A stretch of 62,702 bases of DNA, filler included, from Deltaproteobacteria bacterium (GCA_030698575.1; 13 parts of 13 records of this genome joined end to end with filler, not necessarily neighbours in it); one strand, 5' to 3'; positions 17,623 through 26,659 are shown, counted from the whole stretch's first letter. Numbers and translations are program-made. The notes: a model not told the origin generated them from the letters alone.

Positions 17623-18042
17623 TTACGCCTCAGCCCTGGTCAACGTCCCGTCACCCATGAACGTCACGCTCGTCGTCGCCAGTTCCCCGACCGCGCCGAG
17701 GAACGGATAGGAGAACAATCTCACATTGCCGGTGAACGACGGGTTGCTCGCCCCGACCCCGGCACTTGTGGGGAAGATGACAGCCGATACCGCCGATGCC
17801 GCGCCGATCATCGCGAACAGGTTGTCGTTCACGTCGTCGTCGGCGAAGTCGTCGGCGAGTTCGACGGTGATCGTGAAGTCCTTGAGCCCCGGCAGGCGCT
17901 TTTTGACAAGCTCTTGCATGCCCGTGACCTCGACTTCCTCCGCGGAGTATTCGATGGTGATGGACCGGACATGGTCGCTCCAATCGTCGGAGTCGAGTAC
18001 GAAATCAGCGTCGGTGAGAATTATCTTAGCGATGGGAACCAC
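17623..18042 (-). CDS. Major tail tube protein
   Basis: SITIEYSAEEVEVT...RLPGLKD...GAVGELATTSVTF..GTLTR, a siphovirus tube-like pattern; the true start may be ATC at 18033. Confidence 0.75.
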   Translation of the reverse strand: MVPIAKIILTDADFVLDSDDWSDHVRSITIEYSAEEVEVTGMQELVKKRLPGLKDFTITVELADDFADDDVNDNLFAMIGAASAVSAVIFPTSAGVGASNPSFTGNVRLFSYPFLGAVGELATTSVTFMGDGTLTRAEA

Positions 18043-18065
18043 TTCCTTTTCTGGTTGTAGGCATC

Positions 18066-18089
18066 AAAAAAGCCGCCCCAATTGGCGGC
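18066..18089 (-). terminator. Intrinsic terminator between the two tube-like genes
   Basis: GCCGCC-AATTGG-GGCGGC-TTTTTT on the minus strand. Confidence 0.6.
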
Positions 18090-18118
18090 CGACCGTCGCG
18101 CTGTGCGGTTGTCTGGTG

Positions 18119-18841
18119 CTACACAATGCCCACGGATAGCAAAAACTCCACCTCGTTCCCCACCCCATCCACGGTAAACGAGCAGCGCCACCAGTCATCG
18201 GTAATCGCGCCGGCCAGCGACAAGAACTCCGATGTCGCCGCCGTTACAGTCGTGAACGTGATGCGGGTGGTCGCGCTCGTGAAGTCGCTGTTGTCGTCGG
18301 ACTCGACCGTTATCACCGCGGCGGGAGCACTCACCACAGAGAACACATGCAGCGCCGCATACACTTTCTGCGTCGCCGACACCGCACCCAATTGGCTTCC
18401 GGCCAGGCTAGCTCCCGTGTCGGTGTCCTCGTTCGCCAGGATCTCTCCGCGAGCCACCCTGTCATTGCCCGCGAAGTCAACGGAGAACTTGAACGCTTCC
18501 CCGACAGCTGCGCCGGGAGCGTAGCGGTACGCGCCGACCTCGGTCAGGAACGCCACATCTCCAATCGCATCGCCGTCGGGCGTCAACGTCAGTGGGGAGA
18601 GGGTGGAGCTGCCGATGCGGGTGAACAGTTGCGGGTCGATCAACCCCGTGCCGGCTTCATAATACCCCTCGTGCGCGCCGCGAACATCCAGCAGGCCGGG
18701 CAGGCGCTTGCGGGTTGTGTCCTGGAAAGCGGTGACGGGGACTTCATCCGCGGAATAGGTCAGCTCGTGTTTGCTGAATTGTCCGCCGAAGTCGTATTGG
18801 CTGATTTTGAGTCCGCAGTCGATCAGGATTAGCTTCGAGAT
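18119..18841 (-). CDS. Tail-tube paralog with C-terminal extension, probable ATC start
   Basis: The frame extends upstream of 18643 as ISKLILIDC...ELTYSADEVPVTAFQDTTRKRLPGLLD, aligning to the tube protein; an in-frame TAG at 18845-18847 limits it. Confidence 0.65.
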   Translation of the reverse strand: MSKLILIDCGLKISQYDFGGQFSKHELTYSADEVPVTAFQDTTRKRLPGLLDVRGAHEGYYEAGTGLIDPQLFTRIGSSTLSPLTLTPDGDAIGDVAFLTEVGAYRYAPGAAVGEAFKFSVDFAGNDRVARGEILANEDTDTGASLAGSQLGAVSATQKVYAALHVFSVVSAPAAVITVESDDNSDFTSATTRITFTTVTAATSEFLSLAGAITDDWWRCSFTVDGVGNEVEFLLSVGIV

Positions 18842-18844
18842 TTT

Positions 18845-19090
18845 CTACACCCCCTTGCTGTCTATGACTGCCCCGCATGCCTTGCACTGGAACTGCACGT
18901 TGCCCATCGTCGCCCCCGGCACAACTTGCCGTTGATGCTCCGGGTGGTCGCAATTCACTTCCTCCGGCTCCGCTGCCTGCTCCACACCCAGGAGGGAGAG
19001 CGCGGCGTCGATGCTGGCGCGGGCCGCGATGAGCTGCGAGAGGATGATGTCGCGCTCCTGGTTGGGAGTCACGACGCTTCCGCCTCGCAC
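18845..19090 (-). CDS. Small phage protein with Zn-ribbon-like CxH/CxxC
   Basis: NCDHP...QCKACG; operon-packed. Confidence 0.55.
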   Translation of the reverse strand: MRGGSVVTPNQERDIILSQLIAARASIDAALSLLGVEQAAEPEEVNCDHPEHQRQVVPGATMGNVQFQCKACGAVIDSKGV

Positions 19091-19359
19091 AACATCACTC
19101 TGACGCGGCCCCTAACCACTTGCTCGCACACGCCCTCGTAACACTTGCAGACATGCGCGTGGGGATATTGTGACAGCACAATCGCCCAGCCGCGCTTCCC
19201 TTCAACACATTCGCGCACTCTCGGCTCGGCCAGTCCGTCAATCGTCACCGTGTCCACCCTGGCCACATCGTCGAGCGTATAGTAACCGGGGGCGCCTATC
19301 TGCGGCGGTACCGGGAACAGACCGGGGCTGCAAGAGCGGCACATACAGGTGTGCGCCAT
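19069..19359 (-). CDS. Cys-rich hypothetical phage protein
   Basis: GGAGGAG RBS; overlaps the next gene. Confidence 0.45.
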   Translation of the reverse strand: MAHTCMCRSCSPGLFPVPPQIGAPGYYTLDDVARVDTVTIDGLAEPRVRECVEGKRGWAIVLSQYPHAHVCKCYEGVCEQVVRGRVRVMLCEAEAS

Positions 19360-19440
19360 TCCATCTCCTCCAATGATCCGGCACCGCGCCGCCCCATGGG
19401 TGGGAGGAGGAGGCGAACCCCCGCGGCGCAGCGCCGAAAG

Positions 19441-19813
19441 CTAACTCGCAGGAATCGTCTCGTCGTGCGTGACGCGTACCGTGATCACCCGGACGTACAC
19501 AATGGGGCTGTCCTCGTCGGCATCGAACTCGGATTCGATCTCAACGGAGACCCGGGTCGCCGCAACGGACGTTTGGTTGAGCAGCCGCGAAATCCACTCG
19601 GCGTCTGTCCCGGCCGCGGCAACGGTATCGGAGGCTGTCAGCTCCCTGTCGGCGTCGACGGTGCCATCGGACGGCCAGCTTTCACCGATCGTGTCATACG
19701 CCTGCATGAGGCGGTCTCGCAACTCGTCGGCAAGCTCGTCGCGGTCCTCGTCCGTCGACGCCATGGCCTTGTAGTCGATCAGCGGCCGGGCGATCCCGAT
19801 GAAGCCGGTTCCG
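19441..19813 (-). CDS. Tail-terminator/completion-like protein (5'-truncated)
   Basis: Frame open to the contig edge (GTGFIGIARPLIDYKAMAST...); positioned upstream of the tube genes. Confidence 0.45.
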
Positions 19814-19913
19814 NNNNNNNNNNNNNNNNNNNNNNNNNNNNNNNNNNNNNNNNNNNNTTAATTAATTAANNNNNNNNNNNNNNNNNNNNNNNNNNNNNNN
19901 NNNNNNNNNNNNN

Positions 19914-20464
19914 TAGATGTCGACGATGCCGTCGAGCAGCGCGAGCGCCTCCGGGCTATCGTAGCCGCCGGTGTTGTAGACCAGCGGCAGTCGCAGCCCG
20001 CGCCGCGCCGCATCGTCCACCGCGGCGATAACCTGCGCAACGACATGGCTAGGCGAAACGAGGTTGATGTTGTGGCAGCCTTCCGCCTGGAGCTCGAGCA
20101 TGATGTCGGCGAGCGCGCGCGCTTTCATTTCGAACCCGGCGCCCTTCTGGCTGATGTCCCAGTTCTGGCAAAACACGCAGCGCAGGTTGCACCAGGTGAA
20201 GAAAATCGTGCCGGAGCCGCGCGTGCCGCGCAGGCACTCCTCCTCGCCGTGATGCGCGCCGAAACTCGCTACCACGGCCCACTCGCCCGTGCGGCACACC
20301 GCGCCGTTCACCGTCTGCCTGCGGTTGACGCGGCAGTAGCGGGCGCAGAGGTCGCAGTCACCCAGATGCCGGTGGGCCGCCTCGACGCGCGCCGCCAGAT
20401 CGCCTGCGCCAAGCAGCTTCAGGTAGGCCGGGCGGAAACCGTTGCGCTGCAGCGGGGCATTCAC
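19914..20464 (-). CDS. Radical SAM protein, PflX-like (3'-truncated)
   Basis: CNLRCVFCQN CxxxCxxC; HHGEE..GSGTIFF; N-terminal CDLC..C. Confidence 0.85.
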
Positions 20465-20580
20465 GGCCTGTCCATCAGCCCCGCCACCGCGACGTAGTAG
20501 GCTCGCGTCAGCAGCGTGAGCGTCACTGCCTTGCCGATGCCTGCTCCCGTGACGATGGCTACCTTCACGTTTGGACGCAT
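20461..20580 (-). pseudogene. N-terminal remnant of an SDR oxidoreductase
   Basis: 39 codons MRPNVKVAIVTGAGIGKAVTLTLL..., a Rossmann start with a shortened TGxxxGIG motif, ending at the radical SAM start. Confidence 0.5.
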
Positions 20581-20596
20581 CGCGCAGTCTCTCCGA

Positions 20597-21505
20597 TTAG
20601 TTCGGGTGAACGGAAAATCCAACAGGTCCTATGGGTTCACCCGCGAGCGCGGCAATCGTCTTCGCGAGCCCGGTTATGACCTGCGCCATCTCCGGATAGC
20701 TCAGCTTCTCCGGTGTGTCCAGCGGACCGTGGTAGTGCCGATAGCGGTAGAAGGCGGTGTCGGTCACCATCACCGCCGCATAGCCCTGGCGCCAGAAGGA
20801 GAGCTGGTCGCTCCAAGCGACGCCCGGCACGAAAGCCGGGCTCGCTAGGTGCTCCGACGGGAAATCCGAATTTGCGCGGAAGGCCGCCACAACTTCGCGC
20901 AGCCGCAGGCGCGACCTGAGGTTGGACACGAAGGCGATGAAGTTACCCCGGTCCGGATAGAACCAGCGCAGGAACAGCGGATACGCCTGGCTGCGCGGTG
21001 TGTCCGAGTAGCAGCCCAGCATTTCGAGCGACAGCATGACGCGGATGTCGTCGCCGCGCCGCCGCGCGGCTTGCGCGTACAGCTTGCTGCCCATTTCGCC
21101 GGAGAAAAAGAACGGCGGCTCCTCGTTCACGAACGCCACCAGCTTCACGGTCCTGGCGAGCCGGGCGCCGCGCAGCTGGCGCGCCAGCTCCAGCACTCCG
21201 GCGACGCCGCTCGCATTGTCGTTTGCACCGGGACTGCCCTCCACCGTATTGTAGTGCGCACCGGCTAGGACGATCTCCTGCGGCCTCGCCGCACCGGGAA
21301 TCACGACCTCGAGGTTGTCGCAGTCGACGTCGTTGACGCGGTAGGTCTGCGGCCGGACCGCGTATCCCAACGCCTCCAGTTCGCCGCGGATGTAGCCCGC
21401 TGCGGCAGCGAGCGCCGCGGGCCGCCAGACATTGCGCTCGCCGATGTCGCCCGCAAGCGCCTGAACGTGGCACCGCAGGCGCGCGGCGCATTCGTCAACG
21501 CTCAC
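20597..21505 (-). CDS. M28-family peptidase
   Basis: GAHYNT..SPGANDNASG, NEEPP, SLEMLG, SDQ and HYH motifs; start at GTG 21505 after GGGAG. Confidence 0.85.
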   Translation of the reverse strand: MSVDECAARLRCHVQALAGDIGERNVWRPAALAAAAGYIRGELEALGYAVRPQTYRVNDVDCDNLEVVIPGAARPQEIVLAGAHYNTVEGSPGANDNASGVAGVLELARQLRGARLARTVKLVAFVNEEPPFFFSGEMGSKLYAQAARRRGDDIRVMLSLEMLGCYSDTPRSQAYPLFLRWFYPDRGNFIAFVSNLRSRLRLREVVAAFRANSDFPSEHLASPAFVPGVAWSDQLSFWRQGYAAVMVTDTAFYRYRHYHGPLDTPEKLSYPEMAQVITGLAKTIAALAGEPIGPVGFSVHPN

Positions 21506-21646
21506 GCCGCCGCTCCCCGCTCGCGAGTGCACCCACCATGCTGTCGGCGGCCGGCGGCAATCGCGGCCGGTCGCATCCCCGCTTCGCGGGGCTCCTGTTT
21601 CCTGCTCATGCCGCCCTTCCCTGTGCCAGATCAGGCTGCCGTCATG

Positions 21647-21753
21647 TCACACATCGCGCACCCCGTGCAACGGTACCACGTGCACCGAGCCGTCGCCCTC
21701 GACCGCCTCGAAGGAGAAGTGCTCGCCCTTCTCGAGATGCACGCGCCGGTAAT
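21647..21753 (-). pseudogene. Possible DUF504-like remnant
   Basis: GEHFSFEAVEGDGSVHVVPLHGVRDV resembles the family C-terminus; no coherent N-terminus in frame. Confidence 0.3.
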
Positions 21754-22007
21754 AGGGCGCAGCGTCAGCAGCCACGCGAAAACGGCGAGGAATGCCGCCG
21801 CCGGGATCAATAGCCAGTACTCTGGCGTGAGGGTGCATTCGCGCTGCATCAGCAGTTCCTCTAATGGGCGAAGTGCTTGGGCTTTGTCGAGCACCGCCTG
21901 GATACCCCAGAGATCGGTTCATTGGCAGCGGCTGCGCTTGGGGATATATTGCGGATTGGGCGTAGTTCAACATTTACCCGCATCTGCGGGTGCTGCAAGG
22001 GGGAATC

Positions 22008-22445
22008 ATGACCATCCACCACTTACCCACCGTCCGGGAGTTCATGGACAAGTACCTGACCACGCTGTCGCCAGAGACTGACATCATGGAAGCGGTGAAT
22101 TTCTTGCTGGAGAAGCGGGTCACCGGCGCACTTGTGACCAACAGCAAAGGCGAACTGGTAGGCATCCTCACAGAGTTTGATTGCCTCAAAGTCCTCACGT
22201 TGGGCGGTCCGGATTGTGAAGTTCCCAAGGGGACCGTGAAGGATTTCATGACCTCAGAGGTGCAGACCATACCGCCCAACATGGACATCTATTATGTAGC
22301 CGGGCTTTTCATGTCCGCAAGATTTCGTCGCTTCCCGGTGGTGGAGCATGGCCGGATAGTGGGTGCCATCACTCGGTTTGACATCTTGCGCGCCGTGCAA
22401 CGCGGCCTGGCAGAGCTCTCGCCGGACCGCCCACCCAAGGGATAG
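22008..22445 (+). CDS. CBS-domain protein
   Basis: Tandem CBS pair (VREFM..GELVGILTEFD; VKDFM..GRIVGAITRFD). Confidence 0.85.
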   Translation: MTIHHLPTVREFMDKYLTTLSPETDIMEAVNFLLEKRVTGALVTNSKGELVGILTEFDCLKVLTLGGPDCEVPKGTVKDFMTSEVQTIPPNMDIYYVAGLFMSARFRRFPVVEHGRIVGAITRFDILRAVQRGLAELSPDRPPKG

Positions 22446-22616
22446 ATGCTATGGAAGGCCGCGCAGAATTGGCTCTATGTTCATTCTAGATGCGTCGGGC
22501 TTGACTTATTACCCTCTCCCGGACGAGCCTGCAGGGAAGCCGGAACTTGAACGACTGCTATATCGAGTCGGGAGCCGTCAGTCACGGGGCGAATCCGAAC
22601 CTCATGGATCTCGCGC

Positions 22617-23165
22617 CTAACGCCGCTTCTGGTACGTACCCACCAGTTCCGCCTGCCCGAGAATGTGCCCCTTCATGGCCTTTTCCAGCATCGCCTTGGT
22701 TGGGCGCCCCAGGTCCGGCAGCACGGTGTCCAAGGCGTATAGCTTGTGGAAATAGCGGTGGCGGCCGATCGGCGGACAGGGACCGCCGTAGCCGGTGCGC
22801 CGCCAGTCGTTCAGCCCTTGCAGCGTGCCTGAGGGCAAGGCAGACGCGCCTTCGGGCAGGCCGTTCACGGTCGGCGGAAGGTTGTAGAGCACCCAGTGCA
22901 CCCAAATCATTTTCGGCGCCGCCGGATCCGGGGCGTCCGGGTCATCCACGATCAGGGCCAGGCTCTTGGTGCCCGGTGGCAGGTCGGTCCAGGTCAATGG
23001 CGGGGACACGTCGCCACCTTCGCAGGTGTACTTTGTCGGAATGGCACCCTGATGCGCGAAAGCTTTAGAGGTCAGGGTCGGGCTCATGGCACCTCCTTCG
23101 GCAGGGGTAGTCGCGGCAAAGGCCACAACAAGAAGCGGAAAAACCACTCGATGCGGGAGTGGCAT
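22617..23165 (-). CDS. YbhB/YbcL (PEBP, Raf-kinase-inhibitor-like) protein
   Basis: DDPDAP, WVHW, YGGPCPP, HRY motifs; signal-peptide-like N-terminus. Confidence 0.9.
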   Translation of the reverse strand: MPLPHRVVFPLLVVAFAATTPAEGGAMSPTLTSKAFAHQGAIPTKYTCEGGDVSPPLTWTDLPPGTKSLALIVDDPDAPDPAAPKMIWVHWVLYNLPPTVNGLPEGASALPSGTLQGLNDWRRTGYGGPCPPIGRHRYFHKLYALDTVLPDLGRPTKAMLEKAMKGHILGQAELVGTYQKRR

Positions 23166-23741
23166 TGCCGTTCAGTTCACACGTCGGCGCGGCGACGGAA
23201 TCGTGATATTTTCGGACGCCTCGACGTCTTACGCGGGAATCGGACAGAAAAGCAGCTCACTCCCGACTGTAGCCACACCTTGCAGACTGGCTGCATCCAA
23301 TTTCTGGTTGTGTTGCCGGAACAACAGCGCTACGGCAACTGTCTTCTTCAACTTGTCCGCGGGGACCTCCCCGTAGAGTCCATCATAACGCCGGCGCGCC
23401 GAGCGGCAAAGTTACGCCGATCGCACCAGTAAGCTATACCGGCTTAGGGGTATCGCGGCCCAATGGGCAACTATCGGCCAAAAGCCAAACAACGGGGCGG
23501 AGGGGTGGGGAGAATTGTCATACCCCCCGCATTGCCCTTTTCCGGCTTCATGCCTGCCATAGCAATGCACCATACCCCTCCTTGGGAGTTAGAGGCCCGC
23601 CGAGTGGATAGTTCCCTAGGGCCTGTTGACATTCATCGCATNNNNNNNNNNNNNNNNNNNNNNNNNNNNNNNNNNNNNNNNNNNNTTAATTAATTAANNN
23701 NNNNNNNNNNNNNNNNNNNNNNNNNNNNNNNNNNNNNNNNN

Positions 23742-23946
23742 TGTTGCAGCCCATCCGACGTACCGCTGCGGCAAGATGCTCCGCGTCATCAATCTTGCCA
23801 ACCACCGTCAGGTTGACGTGCGTGTCGTGGACTACGGACCTGCGGCGTGGACGGGGCGCATCATCGATCTGAGCTACGGTGCAGCGAAGGAACTCGGGTT
23901 TGCGAAAGCGGGCGTGGCGAAGGTGCTTGTGGTGCCATTACAGTAA
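23742..23946 (+). CDS. RlpA-like double-psi beta-barrel lytic transglycosylase (5'-truncated)
   Basis: Reads [48 protein letters not shown]; not in the ORF track. Confidence 0.8.
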
Positions 23947-24106
23947 GGAGAAGTCATGTCCGGAATTATGTCGCTGTCTCAGATGGGTCGTTTGACAAGA
24001 CCAGAAACCTCGATTCTAACAGGGAAATATGGAGCAGCCTCGCTACAGAGGAGTGAGTGTTTCGACGGACCACGGCGCGTTCGCGGCGGGGTACGAGCCG
24101 CCAATG

Positions 24107-24661
24107 TCAGAGGTGGAAAATCTTGTTTCCGGCCGGCAGCGCGAATTCCGCGACATCGTTTACCAAGCCGTGTTTCAGAGCATCATCAGCGGTCAGATAG
24201 ACATCCGTGGTGCGTCGTTTAGCCAAGATTTCGTCGGCAATTCCGGCCCGTTCGCGCAAAATCGCTTCAGTGCGCTCTTCGTCCTTAAGGGCAGCATCTA
24301 GCGCCGCTTGAAGCGGCGCGGTGGCCATTGCGCTGCCGGACGGTACTTGGACCGGATGGATCATAAAAACGGAATTTCCGGAGCACTTACGAGTCTCCGC
24401 CGCTACGAAGACGGTCACGCCAATTGAAGCCACGGTTCCAGTGTTGTGAATCGTGAGAGGGACTGGCAGCGCGCGAATGTGGTTGTAGAGATAGATGCCG
24501 TCGCCAACGTAGCCGCCTAGCGAATTGAAGCACAGATAGACCCTATCGAATTGCTCGTTCACGCAAGTGTTGAGCGCACCGGCGATTTTCGCTACTCCAC
24601 CTGAATCGATCAGACCGGAAAAGCCGAGATAGGCAATTTTTGCGCCCGCAAGGTCGGCCAT
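24107..24661 (-). CDS. ClpP-family serine protease (stand-alone, phage moron)
   Basis: NSLGG; catalytic triad in VASIG, FMIHP and DVYLTADDAL..GLV; GGAGG RBS. Confidence 0.85.
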   Translation of the reverse strand: MADLAGAKIAYLGFSGLIDSGGVAKIAGALNTCVNEQFDRVYLCFNSLGGYVGDGIYLYNHIRALPVPLTIHNTGTVASIGVTVFVAAETRKCSGNSVFMIHPVQVPSGSAMATAPLQAALDAALKDEERTEAILRERAGIADEILAKRRTTDVYLTADDALKHGLVNDVAEFALPAGNKIFHL

Positions 24662-24865
24662 TATTTGCCTCCCTCGCTGGCGGGAGGCGTGCGGCCTGAA
24701 ACGAGTCCGGCCCCAGATGCTGCGAACATCCAGGGCCGGCTTTCAGGTTACTGCCCGGAATGGGCCGGGCGGTTGGAAGCGGGGTGGCTACACTCCCGAG
24801 TCCTTGGGGAATATAGACCGCCCCGCTGACCGACTCAACCCCCTCCCACAACATCGGAGTGACGC

Positions 24866-25495
24866 ATGACACCTCTGTTTCGGCAGAAGTCGCCCAAGAT
24901 CATGGCCGACTTGATGCGCGACTTTCCGTTCACGGTTGAGGACGCCGCTGCGGTTGTCGGCAACCTCGGACACGAAAGCGGCGGCTTCGCGTCGCTTCAG
25001 GAAATCAAGCCGACCGTGGCCGGCTCAAAGGGCGGATACGGCTGGGCACAATGGACCGGCCCGCGCCGCCGCGCCTTTGAGGCGTGGTGCAAGGCCAAGG
25101 GCCTGAAACCGTCGTCGGACGAAGCCAACTACGGATACCTGGTTGTTGAGTTGCGGGGCGATGAAAAGCGCGCGGTCAACGCCACCCGGAATGCGGTCGG
25201 GCTTGAAGAGAAGGTGAAGGCGTTCGAACTGGCGTTCGAGCGGGCGGGCGTCAAGCACTATCCAAGCCGGATCAAGTACGCCAAGGATGCGCTCGCCACC
25301 TATGGCCGCTCGGTTGGCGTACAGCCCGCCCCAGCCCCACAGCCGCCCTCACAACCGCCCGTCCGTCCGGACGCCCCCAAGCCCGCCCCGGTGCCGGAAA
25401 GGCCGGCTATGCCGCCCGCTGCGGGCTGGGTAGCGCTTGTCGCTGCGGCCATCGCCGCGTTCGTGGCGTGGCTGGGCGGCTGGTTGCCGTTCTAG
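24866..25495 (+). CDS. Endolysin with Phage_lysozyme2-type domain and C-terminal membrane anchor
   Basis: AAAVVGNLGHESG and GYGWAQWTGPRR motifs; Pro-rich linker; C-terminal TM. Confidence 0.8.
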   Translation: MTPLFRQKSPKIMADLMRDFPFTVEDAAAVVGNLGHESGGFASLQEIKPTVAGSKGGYGWAQWTGPRRRAFEAWCKAKGLKPSSDEANYGYLVVELRGDEKRAVNATRNAVGLEEKVKAFELAFERAGVKHYPSRIKYAKDALATYGRSVGVQPAPAPQPPSQPPVRPDAPKPAPVPERPAMPPAAGWVALVAAAIAAFVAWLGGWLPF

Positions 25496-25540
25496 CGTCT
25501 AACGCCCGTCTAACATTCGTCCAACGAAAGGACTCCTCCA

Positions 25541-25822
25541 ATGGCTTGGCTATATGTGCTGGCCGGATTCGGCCTCATCGGCTTTCTGGCGTTCCTGTTT
25601 TGGGATGCGATCAAGGGATCAAGACTGGTGAAGGACAGCGAAACGCTGTTTCTCGCCAAGCTACTCGACGGCATCGGCATACTCTTGATCACGCTGGCCG
25701 CCGCCGACTTCACGCCGCTGTTCCTCGCCCTCGGCATTCCGCAATGGTCTGGCGTCGGGGCGCTGTTCCTCGGCATCGTGACCGAGATGGCGCGGCGCAG
25801 TCGGGCGACGGACCTCAAGTGA
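25541..25822 (+). CDS. Holin-like 3-TM protein
   Basis: 93 aa, three hydrophobic segments, follows the endolysin. Confidence 0.6.
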   Translation: MAWLYVLAGFGLIGFLAFLFWDAIKGSRLVKDSETLFLAKLLDGIGILLITLAAADFTPLFLALGIPQWSGVGALFLGIVTEMARRSRATDLK

Positions 25823-26223
25823 TGCTCGGTCTTCTTGCAAACCTGTTCGGCGGCGGTGCTATCAGCACCATCGCCAACAAGCTCGCCGACGCCTACAAGG
25901 CGAAGCAGGACGCGCTCACCGATAGCGCCCGGATCGAAGCCGACGCGCAGATCAAGACGCTAGAAGCGCAACGCGACGTGCTTGTGGCGGAAGCGGCAAG
26001 TGGCGGCCCGGCAAGCTGGATACGACCGCTGCTCGCGCTGCCCTTCGTGCTCTACATCTGGAAACTGGTGCCGGTGGATAAGATCGCCTGCCCGATCATC
26101 TTCGGGAACGAATGCGCCACCGATCCTCTCAGCCCACAACTCACCGAGATCATGATGGTCGTGATCGGCGGCTACTTTATCGGCCGCTCGGCTGAGAAGG
26201 TGGCGAGGATCATCAAGCGGTGA
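25822..26223 (+). CDS. Holin-like protein (GTA/3TM type)
   Basis: TGATG overlap; MLGLLANLFGGG..., WIRP motif, two TMs, GYFIGRSAEK C-terminus. Confidence 0.65.
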   Translation: MLGLLANLFGGGAISTIANKLADAYKAKQDALTDSARIEADAQIKTLEAQRDVLVAEAASGGPASWIRPLLALPFVLYIWKLVPVDKIACPIIFGNECATDPLSPQLTEIMMVVIGGYFIGRSAEKVARIIKR

Positions 26224-26468
26224 GCAAAGTTGTCTCGCTACGCGGCGATCCGATAGCGTCTCCTGGACAACCCAATCAAGACGTAATCGCTGCGGCAGAG
26301 AAAATCCTGGAACTTGCTCAGTCGGGTGAGATTGGCGGCCTCACCTACGCTTTGGATTTTGTCGACAATTCGACGGGGGCGGCTATGGTCGGTGACACGT
26401 CTCGCGGCACGGTCGGGCGGCTATTTGGCCTTGCCACTGAAATCAGTATGAGGCTTGCCAAGTTGTGA
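26220..26468 (+). CDS. Hypothetical phage protein
   Basis: GTGA overlap; KVVSLRG...LELAQSGEI motif. Confidence 0.55.
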   Translation: MSKVVSLRGDPIASPGQPNQDVIAAAEKILELAQSGEIGGLTYALDFVDNSTGAAMVGDTSRGTVGRLFGLATEISMRLAKL

Positions 26469-26653
26469 TCCCGCCTGATCCGGAACCGATCTACGTTGGA
26501 ACCTCGCTCTGCTACGCGCCGGGCTACACGCCGCCTGCCAGCTACATCACCGATCCGGGCATGGCTGCTTGGGTACTGATGATCGCGGTGGTGTTGGGGA
26601 CGTGCTTCTATTTCGTGGGAAGGGATTGGATGGACAGGCGAAGGGCGCGGTGA
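26465..26653 (+). CDS. Small single-TM hypothetical protein
   Basis: GTGA overlap; TM followed by a basic tail. Confidence 0.4.
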   Translation: MIPPDPEPIYVGTSLCYAPGYTPPASYITDPGMAAWVLMIAVVLGTCFYFVGRDWMDRRRAR

Positions 26654-26659
26654 TAGCCG

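Noticed and set aside
11366-18847. Amber (TAG) recoding, suggested by in-frame TAGs at 11366 and 18845 joining adjacent genes
   Set aside because: TAG acts as a real stop at 16794 and 18119, the 1675-aa tape measure frame has no internal TAG, and SD sites next to both TAGs favour re-initiation.
23616-23641. CTAGGGCCTGTTGACATTC resembling an IS5-type terminal repeat at the contig end
   Set aside because: Too little sequence and no transposase visible; cannot be supported.
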